Source: Candidatus Polarisedimenticolia bacterium (GTDB taxonomy: Bacteria; Acidobacteriota; Polarisedimenticolia; Gp22-AA2). From it: DNA of 64,000 nt. The notes below the pieces were generated by a model. The model worked only from the letters and a program-made list of their open reading frames with translations, did no database searches and was not told the DNA's origin. The DNA lies in NCBI GenBank assembly GCA_036001465.1, contig DASYUH010000013.1, positions 92,554-156,553 on the forward strand, given 5' to 3'. This document shows positions 44,429 through 53,489 of the stretch, piece after piece. The translations under genes and the position numbers were made by a program. The first letter of the stretch is position 1. Each line of letters begins with the position of its first letter.

Positions 44429-45325
44429 GTGTCCGAGCGGATCAACGTCAACGGCGTCCTCGGCCCGCCCGACCGGGCGGTGGTGTCCCCCCTGGATCGG
44501 GGCTTCCTCTACGGTGATGGCGTCTACGAGACCCTCCGCACGTATGGCGGCCGACCGTTCCTCCTGCGGGAGCACCTCGATCGCCTGCGCCGCTCCGCCG
44601 AGCGGCTGGATATTCCCTACGAGGGAACCCCGGTCGACGTCGGGAGGGAGATTCTCCGCACCATCGCCGACACCGGCGCGGCCGAAGCCGCCGTGCGGGT
44701 CGTCCTGACGCGCGGCCCCGGACCGATCGGCTACGACCCGGTGCCGTGCGGCCCGCCGACCGTCGTGATCTACGCCCGCCCCTGCCCGGAGATCCCGGAA
44801 GCCTGGCTGCGCGAGGGGGTGGACGTCGCCATCGTGGACGTGACGCGCAACGCCCCGACGGCGCTCGATCCGGCCATCAAATCGGGCAATCTGCTCAACA
44901 ACTTCCTGGCATGGCAGGAGTCCAGGCGCCTGGGAGCCTACGAGCCGATCCTGCTCAACGCCTCCGGGCGCCTGGCCGAGGGGGCCACGAGCAACGTGTT
45001 CCTGGTGCGGAAGAACCGGCTGACGACCCCCCGCCTCGAGGAGGGGCTCCTCGAGGGAATCACGCGCGGTGCGGTCCTCGGGCTGGCGCGGCGCGACGGA
45101 ATCGAGACCACGGAAGAGGCGCTCGGACCGGATGACCTGCGTCAGGCCGACGAGGCGTTTCTGACCGGCACGCTGAAAGGCGTCCTGCCGATTCGCCGCT
45201 GCGACGGCTGGCCGATCCGCCACGGCCGGCCCGGGGCGATCACGCTCAGGATCATGGGCCTCTTCCAGGATCTCGCTCAGGCCGAGGCGAAGGCCGGCTC
45301 GGCCCCCGGATCGATCCTCAGGTAG
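44429..45325 (+). CDS. Class IV (fold type IV) PLP aminotransferase: branched-chain/D-amino-acid aminotransferase or aminodeoxychorismate lyase family
   Basis: 298 aa. FLYGDGVYETLRTY, and the EGATSNVF region typical of IlvE/PabC/Dat. Confidence 0.7.
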   Translation: MSERINVNGVLGPPDRAVVSPLDRGFLYGDGVYETLRTYGGRPFLLREHLDRLRRSAERLDIPYEGTPVDVGREILRTIADTGAAEAAVRVVLTRGPGPIGYDPVPCGPPTVVIYARPCPEIPEAWLREGVDVAIVDVTRNAPTALDPAIKSGNLLNNFLAWQESRRLGAYEPILLNASGRLAEGATSNVFLVRKNRLTTPRLEEGLLEGITRGAVLGLARRDGIETTEEALGPDDLRQADEAFLTGTLKGVLPIRRCDGWPIRHGRPGAITLRIMGLFQDLAQAEAKAGSAPGSILR

Positions 45326-46011
45326 CGGTGGCCGGTGCGCCAGGCCGGCAGGACGAACACCGACCCGCGGCTCTCCCCCACCCTGTAGTCGATCCGGCGC
45401 TCGTCGTGGAAGTGGCCGAACACCAGGATCTCGTCCCCGACCCCGATCCGACGGCGCGCATACGCCTCGCATTCGGAAAACGGGAAGCCGCCGCGAAACT
45501 CGACGTTGGTCTTCGCGAGCCGCGTCTCCAGCCGATCGGCGATGGCCAGCCGGGCACCCGCCGGCAGCAGGCTGAAGCAGGAGAAAAACAGACGACTCTT
45601 GGACAGGCGGCGCCACGCCAGGTACTGGCGGTCGCGCGAGTTGACCAGGTCGCCGTGCGCCAGGTGGACCCGGCGTCCCGACTCCGTGATCTCGAGGGAG
45701 TCCGGGGCAAGCCGGTCGAACGGCCGGCCCCCATCCATCCGCTCCAGGAAGAAATCGTGGTTCCCCTCGATGTACAGCAGGACGCAACCTCGCGCGCGCA
45801 GGCGCTCGAGCGCCGCGATGACGCGTCGATGGTGCGGACGCTGGAGATCGGGCGAACCGATCCAGACGGCGAACAGGTCTCCCAGGATGGCCAGCGTGCG
45901 GATGTCGCCCGGCAGGGCGTCGAGAAACCGGACGAATGCGGCGATCTCGGGGTCGTCCTCGCGCAGGTGGGCGTCTCCCAGGAGGACGATCGGCGCATCA
46001 GGCGACGCCAT
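45277..46011 (-). CDS. lpxH: UDP-2,3-diacylglucosamine hydrolase-like metallophosphoesterase
   Basis: LLGDAHL, ILGDLF, YIEGNHD, FGHFH calcineurin-like motifs, in the LpxH order. Confidence 0.65.
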   Translation of the reverse strand: MASPDAPIVLLGDAHLREDDPEIAAFVRFLDALPGDIRTLAILGDLFAVWIGSPDLQRPHHRRVIAALERLRARGCVLLYIEGNHDFFLERMDGGRPFDRLAPDSLEITESGRRVHLAHGDLVNSRDRQYLAWRRLSKSRLFFSCFSLLPAGARLAIADRLETRLAKTNVEFRGGFPFSECEAYARRRIGVGDEILVFGHFHDERRIDYRVGESRGSVFVLPAWRTGHRYLRIDPGAEPAFASA

Positions 46012-46050
46012 GCACCTTCCGGCCGGGAGCCGGGCCTGGCCGCCGGGCGT

Positions 46051-47172
46051 TCAGCGGCGCACCAGGTCGGCGATCCCCTCCTTGAGCGTGAACTCCTGCA
46101 TGGCCCTCATGCGCAGAAAGTACTCGATCAGCAGAGCCACGAAACGCTTCTGGTGGAGGGCCACCTCGGCCGGCAGCGAATCGCCCGGCTGGTAGGAATT
46201 CTTGACGCGCGCCGCCCTGAAGTCTTTGGCGGTCTCCTTGACCCGCGCCGCAAGGACCTCGTCCGGAAGCCTTTGGATCAGGCTGCCGTCGACGTCCTTG
46301 TCGTCCAGGGGCTCGACGGCCTTGGCCTTCTTCGCCAGGTCGCCGCCGTACTGGGACTCGGTGGAGGTCTCGCCCTTGTCCTCGCCGAAACGCGCGATCG
46401 CATCCTCGTAGCGGTGGACCGCCAGGAGCGCCAGGGCATGGTGGAACGGCCTGATCTGATTGTTGGGAGGGTACAGCTTCAGGGCCTCGTCGAATTCCTC
46501 GGCCGCGTTGGGAAAGTGGCCGGCGGCCAGGTCGTAATCGGCCACGCGGGCCAGCGCCAGGGAGCGGTAGGAGGCCGCGCCTCCCTTCGCCTTGGAGAAG
46601 GCCGACACCGAACGGCGGTAGGCCGCCTCGGCGAGAGAGGCTTCCGACAGAAAATCGTGCAGGCGTCCCAGGCGGAACCAGTCCTCGCCGCCCAGGCCGT
46701 TCGGGTTGGGGCCTTTCTCGAATTGCTCCACCGCCTGGCGGGCATACTTGGTCATGTCGTCGAAACGGTCGGTGTCGGAGTGGATCACGGTCAGGTAGTA
46801 GAGGCGCTCGAGGGTCGCCCCTCCCGTCTGGACGATTTCCTGCGCCAGGAGCGGCTCCGCCTCACGCCACGTCTCGCGCCGCGGCTCCGGGCTGTGTTCC
46901 ACGACTTCGCGGCAGAAGCCGAGCTGGTAGAGCAGCGTGCCGTCCTTCAGCCCCGATTCGCGGGCCTTCTGGAGCACGGGCAGCGCCTCGGCGTATTTTC
47001 CCTCGTTGTACAGCGCCATGCCCTGCGCCAGGGTCCGACGCGCGGCGCTCTCCTTCGAGCAGGACGCGCAGGCCATCGCGACGAGCACGATCGGGATCGA
47101 GCGCAACAGGGCGGCGCCGCGGCGCACGGCGGTCTTCGAGAAGGCGTCCGGCATCGCGCGCGATGATATCAC
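46051..47172 (-). CDS. TPR-repeat lipoprotein
   Basis: Possible lipobox VAMACASCS. Multiple TPR-like helices (YNEGKYAEALPVLQKA...). Start overlaps the tgt stop by 4 nt. Confidence 0.55.
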   Translation of the reverse strand: MISSRAMPDAFSKTAVRRGAALLRSIPIVLVAMACASCSKESAARRTLAQGMALYNEGKYAEALPVLQKARESGLKDGTLLYQLGFCREVVEHSPEPRRETWREAEPLLAQEIVQTGGATLERLYYLTVIHSDTDRFDDMTKYARQAVEQFEKGPNPNGLGGEDWFRLGRLHDFLSEASLAEAAYRRSVSAFSKAKGGAASYRSLALARVADYDLAAGHFPNAAEEFDEALKLYPPNNQIRPFHHALALLAVHRYEDAIARFGEDKGETSTESQYGGDLAKKAKAVEPLDDKDVDGSLIQRLPDEVLAARVKETAKDFRAARVKNSYQPGDSLPAEVALHQKRFVALLIEYFLRMRAMQEFTLKEGIADLVRR

Positions 47173-48308
47173 CCGATTTCCTCGCTCGCAATCTTCGCGT
47201 CCCCCATGGCACGCCTGCCGGCGGCGAACTCGGCATAGCGGCCGGCCTCGATCGCGGCGCGCGCGCCCCGCATCAGATCCGCGTAGACATGCAGGTTGTG
47301 CAGAGTGTTAAGCCGCATGGCCAGGATCTCCCCCGCCATGAAGAGGTGGCGCAGGTAGGCGCGCGAAAAGCGCCGGCAGACGGGGCACGTGCACGACTCG
47401 TCCACCGGTCGTGGGTCGTCCGCAAACTCCCGCCGCTTGATCGACAGGCGTCCCGCGGAGGTGAACAGGCTCCCGTTGCGCGCGTTGCGTGTCGGCAGGA
47501 CACAGTCGAACAGGTCGCACCCCAGCCCGATCATCTCGACCAGGTCGTCCGGCGTGCCCATGCCCATCAGGTAGCGCGGGCGGTCCGCCGGCAGGAGCGG
47601 CACGGTGAGATCCACGATGGCTCGGCTGAGCCCGACGGATTCGCCCACCGAGACGCCGCCGATGGCGTGCCCCTCGAACCCGACGGCGGTGATCTCCGCC
47701 GCGCTCTGCTCCCGCAGCGCGCGATCGTCGCCGCCCTGGACGATGCCGAACAGCGCCCGTCCCTCGCTCCGGAACGCGTCGCGGCTCCGCCGCGCCCACA
47801 GGGTCGTCCGTCTGACGGCCGCCTCGATCCGGGGCGGATCGGAAGGCAGGGCCGGGCAGTCGTCGAAGACCATCGCGATGTCGCTGCCGAGCGCCTCCTG
47901 GATCTGCATGCTGCGCTCCGGTGTCATCGACAGAAGGGATCCGTCCAGGTGCGAGCGGAAATCGACCCCGTCGTCGGACACGGTCCGCAGGTCGGCGAGG
48001 CTCAGCACCTGGAAGCCGCCGCTGTCGGTCAGGATGGCGCGCTCCCATCCCATGAAGCGGTGCAGGCCGCCGAGACGCCGCACCACGTCTTCGCCGGGAC
48101 GGAGGGCAAGGTGATAGGTGTTGCCGAGAATCATCTCGAACCCGAGGGCCTCGAGCTCCTCGGGCGCCATCGCCTTCACCGCCCCGGCCGTGCCCACCGG
48201 CATGAACGCCGGCGTCTCGATGGTGCCGTGGGGCGTGGTGATCCGGCCGCGCCGCGCCGCCGATCCGGGGTCGCGCGCCAGCGTGTGGAACGAGAAGGCC
48301 GCGCTCAC
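47169..48308 (-). CDS. tgt: Queuine tRNA-ribosyltransferase
   Basis: ITTPHGTIETPAFMPVGT, Zn-site CTCPVC. GTG at 48308 overlaps the queA TGA (GTGA). The ORF-track extension to 49394 is G/R/P-rich antisense of queA. Confidence 0.85.
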   Translation of the reverse strand: MSAAFSFHTLARDPGSAARRGRITTPHGTIETPAFMPVGTAGAVKAMAPEELEALGFEMILGNTYHLALRPGEDVVRRLGGLHRFMGWERAILTDSGGFQVLSLADLRTVSDDGVDFRSHLDGSLLSMTPERSMQIQEALGSDIAMVFDDCPALPSDPPRIEAAVRRTTLWARRSRDAFRSEGRALFGIVQGGDDRALREQSAAEITAVGFEGHAIGGVSVGESVGLSRAIVDLTVPLLPADRPRYLMGMGTPDDLVEMIGLGCDLFDCVLPTRNARNGSLFTSAGRLSIKRREFADDPRPVDESCTCPVCRRFSRAYLRHLFMAGEILAMRLNTLHNLHVYADLMRGARAAIEAGRYAEFAAGRRAMGDAKIASEEIG

Positions 48309-49357
48309 AGGATCAGCATCGCGTCGCCGTACGAGTAGAAACGCAGGCCCCGCGCGATGGCTTCCTCGTAGGCGGCCAGGATGCGCTCCCGTCCCGCGAA
48401 GGCGGCGACCAGGATCAGCAGCGAGGTCCGCGGCAGGTGGAAATTCGTCAGGAGCGCGTCCACGGCCCGGAACCGGTGCCCCGGCGTGATATAGGCTCCG
48501 CACCATCCCTCGCCCGGCTCGACCCTTCCGTCGCCGCGGGCCCGCTCCTCCAGCACCCTGACGACCGTCGTCCCCACGGCCACGACGCGCCCGCCGCGCG
48601 CCCGGCAGCCCGCGACGGCCGCGGCCGTTTCCTCCGGCAGCCGGAAGGCCTCCGGCAGCAGCCGGTGCTCCTCGACGATCGCGGAGCGCACCGGCTGAAA
48701 CGTTCCCGGGCCAACATGGAGCGTCAGGGCGGCGGTGCCGATTCCCCGGGCGCGCAGCCCTTCCAGAAGCTCCTCCGTGAAGTGGAGCCCCGCCGTCGGC
48801 GCCGCGATGGCGCCGTTCGCCCGCGCGTACACCGTCTGGTACCGCTCCCGGTCGATCGCGTCCCGCGCGTCCGCGCCGTCCCGCCGGATATAGGGAGGCA
48901 GCGGGACCGTCCCGTGCCGCTCGATCGCACCTTCGAGGTCTCCGCCTTCGGCGTGGAGCCGCACACGCACGCGTCCTCCCGCGGCCTCGCCCAGGAATTC
49001 CGCCTCGAATCCGGGGGCGATGCCGAGCCGCGATCCCGATTTCAGGCCGCGAGACGCGGACGCCAGGCAGATCCAGGTCCGGCCAAGGGGATCGGACCCC
49101 TCGCGCGCCACCAGCAGGAGCTCCACCAGCCCCCCCGTGGACTTCCGGCAACGCAGTCGCGCCGGGATCACGCGCGTGTCGTTCAGGACCAGCAGGTCCC
49201 CCGCGGCGAGGTGATCGCCAATCGAGGCGAAGGCCGCCTCCTCGACTCCCGGGCTCCCCCGGTCGAGCACCAGCAGGCGGGAGGCGTCCCGCCGCGCGGC
49301 CGGCACCTGCGCCACGCGGTCCGGCGGCAGGCGGTAGTCGAACTCTTCGAGCTTCAT
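48305..49357 (-). CDS. queA: S-adenosylmethionine:tRNA ribosyltransferase-isomerase
   Basis: MKLEEFDYRLPPDRVAQ... and full-length QueA pattern (GTVPLPPYI, FHLPRTSLLILVAAF). Confidence 0.9.
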   Translation of the reverse strand: MKLEEFDYRLPPDRVAQVPAARRDASRLLVLDRGSPGVEEAAFASIGDHLAAGDLLVLNDTRVIPARLRCRKSTGGLVELLLVAREGSDPLGRTWICLASASRGLKSGSRLGIAPGFEAEFLGEAAGGRVRVRLHAEGGDLEGAIERHGTVPLPPYIRRDGADARDAIDRERYQTVYARANGAIAAPTAGLHFTEELLEGLRARGIGTAALTLHVGPGTFQPVRSAIVEEHRLLPEAFRLPEETAAAVAGCRARGGRVVAVGTTVVRVLEERARGDGRVEPGEGWCGAYITPGHRFRAVDALLTNFHLPRTSLLILVAAFAGRERILAAYEEAIARGLRFYSYGDAMLIL

Positions 49358-50040
49358 GGTGGGTACGGAATCGGGTCGCGGGCGCCGGCCTCACGGAACC
49401 CTTTCAGGCGCAGCGCGCAGGATTCGCAGCGGCCGCAGGCGATCTCCTGCCGCGTGTAGCAGGACCAGGTCAGATGCAGAGGAGCCTCGAGCCGCAGCCC
49501 CTCCCTGACGATGTCCGCCTTGCTCATGTGGATGAGCGGGGTCACGACGTGGAGCCGCGCCTCCGGCCGCGCCGCCACGCTGAGGAGCCGGTTGAACTCC
49601 CGGTAATACTCCTCCCGGCAGTCGGGGTAGCCGCTGCCGTCCTCCTCGACCGCGCCGATGTAGATCGGGCGAGCCCCCAGGACCTCGGCCCAGGAGGCGG
49701 CCATGGCGAGCAGGTGGGTGTTGCGCAGGGGGACGTACGTGTCGGGGATCGTCGAGTCGGGGCGGCGGGCGTTCACGGCATCGCGGGTGTCGTCGGTCAG
49801 CGCCGATCCACCGATCGCCTTCAGGTGCTCGAGCCGGGCGACGAGCCGCCGGGCGATCCCGTAGTGGTCGGCGATGGCGTGAAAGGCCCGGAGCTCGCGC
49901 GCCTCCGTCCTCTGACCATACGAGACGTGCAGCAGCGCAGGCTCGCACGTCTGGCGGGCGATGGCGGCGGCCACGCACGAGTCCATGCCGCCGCTCAAGA
50001 GCACGACGGCCAGACGCCTGTCGCCGGCTGCTGGGTGCAT
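49354..50040 (-). CDS. queC: 7-cyano-7-deazaguanine synthase
   Basis: PP-loop LLSGGMDS. C-terminal Zn-binding CGRCESC. Confidence 0.85.
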   Translation of the reverse strand: MHPAAGDRRLAVVLLSGGMDSCVAAAIARQTCEPALLHVSYGQRTEARELRAFHAIADHYGIARRLVARLEHLKAIGGSALTDDTRDAVNARRPDSTIPDTYVPLRNTHLLAMAASWAEVLGARPIYIGAVEEDGSGYPDCREEYYREFNRLLSVAARPEARLHVVTPLIHMSKADIVREGLRLEAPLHLTWSCYTRQEIACGRCESCALRLKGFREAGARDPIPYPP

Positions 50041-50052
50041 GGGCGGCCCGCG

Positions 50053-50730
50053 TCACACCCCCCGCAGATCGGGGGGCCAGATGTACTTGTGGATCTGCAG
50101 CTGCACGCGCACCGGGAGTCGATCGGCCAGGACCCACTCGGACAGGGGCCGCGGGTGAAGCACCCCGTGCACCGGGGAAAAGAGGACGCCGACGCGCTCA
50201 TCCAGGCGCAGGCGGGTGACGACGTCCCGGGCCCATTCGTAGTCGCTCCGGCCCGCGAGGACGAATTTCACCTCGTCGGAAGGCTTGAGGAGCTCCAGGT
50301 TCTCCCAGCGGTTCTGCCCGCTCATGCCGCTTCCGGGACACTTCAAGTCCATCACCACCATCACCCGCCTGTCGAGCGGCGAGAGGTCGAGGCTTCCTCC
50401 CGTTTCCATCGCGACCTCGTGGCCGCGGTCGCACAACTCGCCGGTCAGATCATGGACGCTTTCCTGGGCCAGCGGCTCGCCGCCCGTCACCAGGACGTAC
50501 CGCGTGCCGTACGCCGCGATCCGCTCGAGGATGGCGGCGATCGGGAGGTCGATTCCCTCCTCGAAGGCGTAGGCAGTGTCGCACCACGCGCAGCGCAGGT
50601 TGCAGCCAGTCAGCCGGACGAACACGCACGGCCGCCCCGCGTGGCGCGACTCCCCCTGGATCGAGTGGAAGATCTCGTTGATCCTGAGGAGCGTCGTCGC
50701 GCGCTCCGGCCGGACCGACGCCGCGCTCAC
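50053..50730 (-). CDS. queE: 7-carboxy-7-deazaguanine synthase (radical SAM)
   Basis: IFHSIQGESRHAGRPCVFVRLTGCNLRCAWCDT. Cx14CxxC variant typical of QueE. Confidence 0.85.
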   Translation of the reverse strand: MSAASVRPERATTLLRINEIFHSIQGESRHAGRPCVFVRLTGCNLRCAWCDTAYAFEEGIDLPIAAILERIAAYGTRYVLVTGGEPLAQESVHDLTGELCDRGHEVAMETGGSLDLSPLDRRVMVVMDLKCPGSGMSGQNRWENLELLKPSDEVKFVLAGRSDYEWARDVVTRLRLDERVGVLFSPVHGVLHPRPLSEWVLADRLPVRVQLQIHKYIWPPDLRGV

Positions 50731-51677
50731 GGCCGCCTTCCGGCGGCCGCGGCGATCCTCCCGAGCGGCCGGCAGCCGGGGCGCCGCGCCACAAGGCCGA
50801 TGAGCCGGTCGAGGTTCTCCACGTCCTCCTGGAGCGTTGTTTCGTCCTTCGGCGTCTCCAGGACCAACGGAACGCTCAGGAAACGCGCGTCGTTCATCAG
50901 GAGCCGGAACGCCTCCCTTCCCAGGAAGCCCTTGCCGATGTGTTCGTGCCGGTCGACCCGCGATCCGAGGTCACGCTTGGAGTCGTTGACGTGGACGGCC
51001 CGCAGGCGCGCCAGTCCGATCTCCCCCTCGAACATGCGCAGCGTCTCCTCATACGCCGGCGGCGTCCTGAGATCGTAACCGGCGGCGAACACGTGGCAGG
51101 TGTCGAAGCAGACCCCCACGCGATCGGGATCGCGGGTCAGGGCGATGACCCGGGCGATCTGATCAAAGCGGTGGCCGATCACGGTCCCCTGGCCCGCCAT
51201 GGTCTCGAGGGCGATCGAGGCCCCGGCACGCGGCACCCGGTCGTGGATCCGATCGATCGCACCGGCCAGCCGGCGGATGGCGAAATCCTCACCCTGCCCC
51301 ATGTGGCCCCCCGGGTGGACGACGAGCGTCTCGATGCCGAGACGGGCGCAGCGTTCGAGCTCGAGAAGGCAGGACTCGATCGATTTCTCGTACAGGCGGT
51401 CGTCCGGTGAGCAGAGGTTGATGAGGTACGAGTCGTGGGCCACCACGGGAAGGTCTCCGTGACGTGCCCGCTCGGCCCTGAAGCGCAGGACTTCGTCCTC
51501 CGGGAGCGGCCTGGCGGCCCACTGGTTGTTGCTCTTGGTGAAAATCTGGATCGCCGCACAGCCGATGGAAAAACCGCGTCCGATCGCCCGGTCCACGCCG
51601 CCGGCGATGGACATGTGGGCGCCCAGGGGCCGACGCGGAATGACCCAGGAAACCTGCTTCAGTCGGGGCTTCTGCAC
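50727..51677 (-). CDS. nfo: Endonuclease IV (AP endonuclease family 2)
   Basis: GAHMSIAGG, HDSYLINL, HPG, CFDTCH, HVNDSK motifs. Overlaps the queE start by 4 nt. Confidence 0.8.
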   Translation of the reverse strand: MQKPRLKQVSWVIPRRPLGAHMSIAGGVDRAIGRGFSIGCAAIQIFTKSNNQWAARPLPEDEVLRFRAERARHGDLPVVAHDSYLINLCSPDDRLYEKSIESCLLELERCARLGIETLVVHPGGHMGQGEDFAIRRLAGAIDRIHDRVPRAGASIALETMAGQGTVIGHRFDQIARVIALTRDPDRVGVCFDTCHVFAAGYDLRTPPAYEETLRMFEGEIGLARLRAVHVNDSKRDLGSRVDRHEHIGKGFLGREAFRLLMNDARFLSVPLVLETPKDETTLQEDVENLDRLIGLVARRPGCRPLGRIAAAAGRRP

Positions 51678-51710
51678 GAATCGTAGACTACCACTCGCGG
51701 ATCGGAGGGG

Positions 51711-52799
51711 TCAATCGCACCAGGCCCACGGCGGCACGCTCCTCACGGAATGGCGGCGCGGACGGACGGCGCGCGCCATGGCCCTGCCGAGTGCCTTCCA
51801 TCCCAGCCGCAGGGCGTCCCCCGGGCCGTCCATGGTCAGGGGACGGAGCGGGAACCGCCAGGCCGACTCGTTCGACACGCGGAAGAGCTCGAGCGGCTCC
51901 TCGCTGCGGTAGAGCCCGTACAAGGCGCGCTGCAGGCGCCCGGGGGCCAGGGCCTCGATCCAACCCGACGGGACCTCGCCGGGGAACAGCCTCGCGACAT
52001 GAGTCAGCGCGAGAGACGTGGCGGTACGAGCCCGCCACGAGCCGCACCCATCCGACACGGTCCCCAGGTCCGGCCGCCACCGTCGGAGCATCTCCCGCAG
52101 GTCGACGACCCATTTCAACTGGGGGCCGAAGTAGTGCGCCGCCAAGTGCGCGGTGTGATAGGGGATCGCGTCGACCGGGGCCAGCCTGCGGCAGGGCACC
52201 CCTTCGAGGCTGCCGGGCACCGATCGCGCCCACAGCCCTTTCGCCAGGGACTCCGGCCTCTCGTCCAGGATGTCCCAGTGCAACTCGAAACGGCAGGCGC
52301 CCTCGACCGGGCGCCACATCTCGAAGCGGCGGTTCCAGGGGTAATCGACCGCAATCTCCCCGCGGTAGCCGGCGTCCAGGAGCCGCCGGGCTATGCGACC
52401 CGCGTCCTCGCGACGCATGAGGAGATCGATGTCGGTCAGCCGGCGCGTCCCGGGGTCCACGTACAGATCGTTCAGGTATGCCCCCCCCTTCAGGACGATG
52501 ACCGACACCCCCAAGTCGACGAGGAACCGGCCCAGCAGCCGGAATTCAGCCAGTGCCGCCAGGCTGTCCACAGCCGTCTTGCGATGCGCGCGGCGCAGCG
52601 CCTCCTGCCAGGCCCCTGGGAGATACTCGAGCCGCCCGGCTTCCGACCATCTGGCGTGCAGGTAGCCGCCGAGCTCGTATCGATTCAGCGACGCGTCGAT
52701 AGCCTCGCGCGCGGGCGTGACTGTGGGGTCCTCGACGCGCAGGAGCGACAGCACCGACGCGGCAAGACGCGGATCGACGGCGATCTCCGATGACGACAA
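51711..52799 (-). CDS. Uncharacterised nucleotidyltransferase-family protein (NTP_transf_5-like)
   Basis: VIVLKGGAYLNDLYVDPGTRRLTDIDLLM is a GS/GG...D.D minimal nucleotidyltransferase-like motif. 362 aa. Confidence 0.5.
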   Translation of the reverse strand: MSSSEIAVDPRLAASVLSLLRVEDPTVTPAREAIDASLNRYELGGYLHARWSEAGRLEYLPGAWQEALRRAHRKTAVDSLAALAEFRLLGRFLVDLGVSVIVLKGGAYLNDLYVDPGTRRLTDIDLLMRREDAGRIARRLLDAGYRGEIAVDYPWNRRFEMWRPVEGACRFELHWDILDERPESLAKGLWARSVPGSLEGVPCRRLAPVDAIPYHTAHLAAHYFGPQLKWVVDLREMLRRWRPDLGTVSDGCGSWRARTATSLALTHVARLFPGEVPSGWIEALAPGRLQRALYGLYRSEEPLELFRVSNESAWRFPLRPLTMDGPGDALRLGWKALGRAMARAVRPRRHSVRSVPPWAWCD

Positions 52800-52896
52800 G
52801 GTGCTTGGGCCTCCGGCGGCATTATATCCGCCGTGAAACGCTTGCGCCGCGCCTTCCCGCGGCGCGGTTCACCCCGGCGGACGCCCCACCGTTTCC

Positions 52897-53463
52897 TTGA
52901 CTTGCCCCGGGGCCGGCGGTAGACTCCCCGTTTCTGTCAGGATATCGAAAGCAAGAAGGAGAGCCCCAGTGCCGATCGCGCGCGGACACATCAATCTCGT
53001 CGTCGCAAGCCTTGTCATTCTGCTCACGGCCGTCACCTGCTCCAAGGGGGACACGTCCGTGGTCTCCGCGCCGAAGGACGAGCCCGCGGCGCAGGCGACC
53101 CCGGCACCCGCCGAGCCCGAAGCGAAGAAGGACGCGGCCGCCGGGGAGGACGAGGCGGACACCGCGCAGGCCCCGGAGCTCCTCCCGCAGAACGCCGCCG
53201 GGGCGGTCCAGGGCGAGCCGGCGCCGACGAATACCGTGCCCATCGTCGCGGTTGCCAATTACTTCACCGAGCTGCCGGGGATCGACATCGCGGGGCTGAA
53301 GCGCGGGCAGAAGGAGAAGTTCCTGCAGCGCGTCAACAGCGAGATTTGCTCCTGCGGCTGCAAGAACGACACGCTGGCCCGCTGTTACGTCAACGACCCG
53401 CGCTGCCCCCTCGTGAAGCCCGTCGTGCAGAAGATCTACGAGGACATCAAAGCCGGGAAGTGA
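52897..53463 (+). CDS. Secreted/lipoprotein-like hypothetical protein with a Cys-rich C-terminus
   Basis: Hydrophobic leader LVVASLVILLTAVTCS. Acidic/Ala-Pro-rich linker. C-terminal CSCGCKNDTLARCYVNDPRCP. Start uncertain (internal GTG at about 52969 is possible). Confidence 0.45.
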   Translation: MTCPGAGGRLPVSVRISKARRRAPVPIARGHINLVVASLVILLTAVTCSKGDTSVVSAPKDEPAAQATPAPAEPEAKKDAAAGEDEADTAQAPELLPQNAAGAVQGEPAPTNTVPIVAVANYFTELPGIDIAGLKRGQKEKFLQRVNSEICSCGCKNDTLARCYVNDPRCPLVKPVVQKIYEDIKAGK

Positions 53464-53489
53464 CGTGCGCGGGTTGAGGGAACCCACGC

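Noticed and set aside
45328-47166. 612-aa plus-strand ORF
   Set aside because: Antisense to lpxH and the TPR lipoprotein gene.
48309-49394. Upstream part of the 741-aa minus-strand ORF joined to tgt
   Set aside because: Lies antisense-shifted over queA. The Tgt homology begins at the GTG at 48308.
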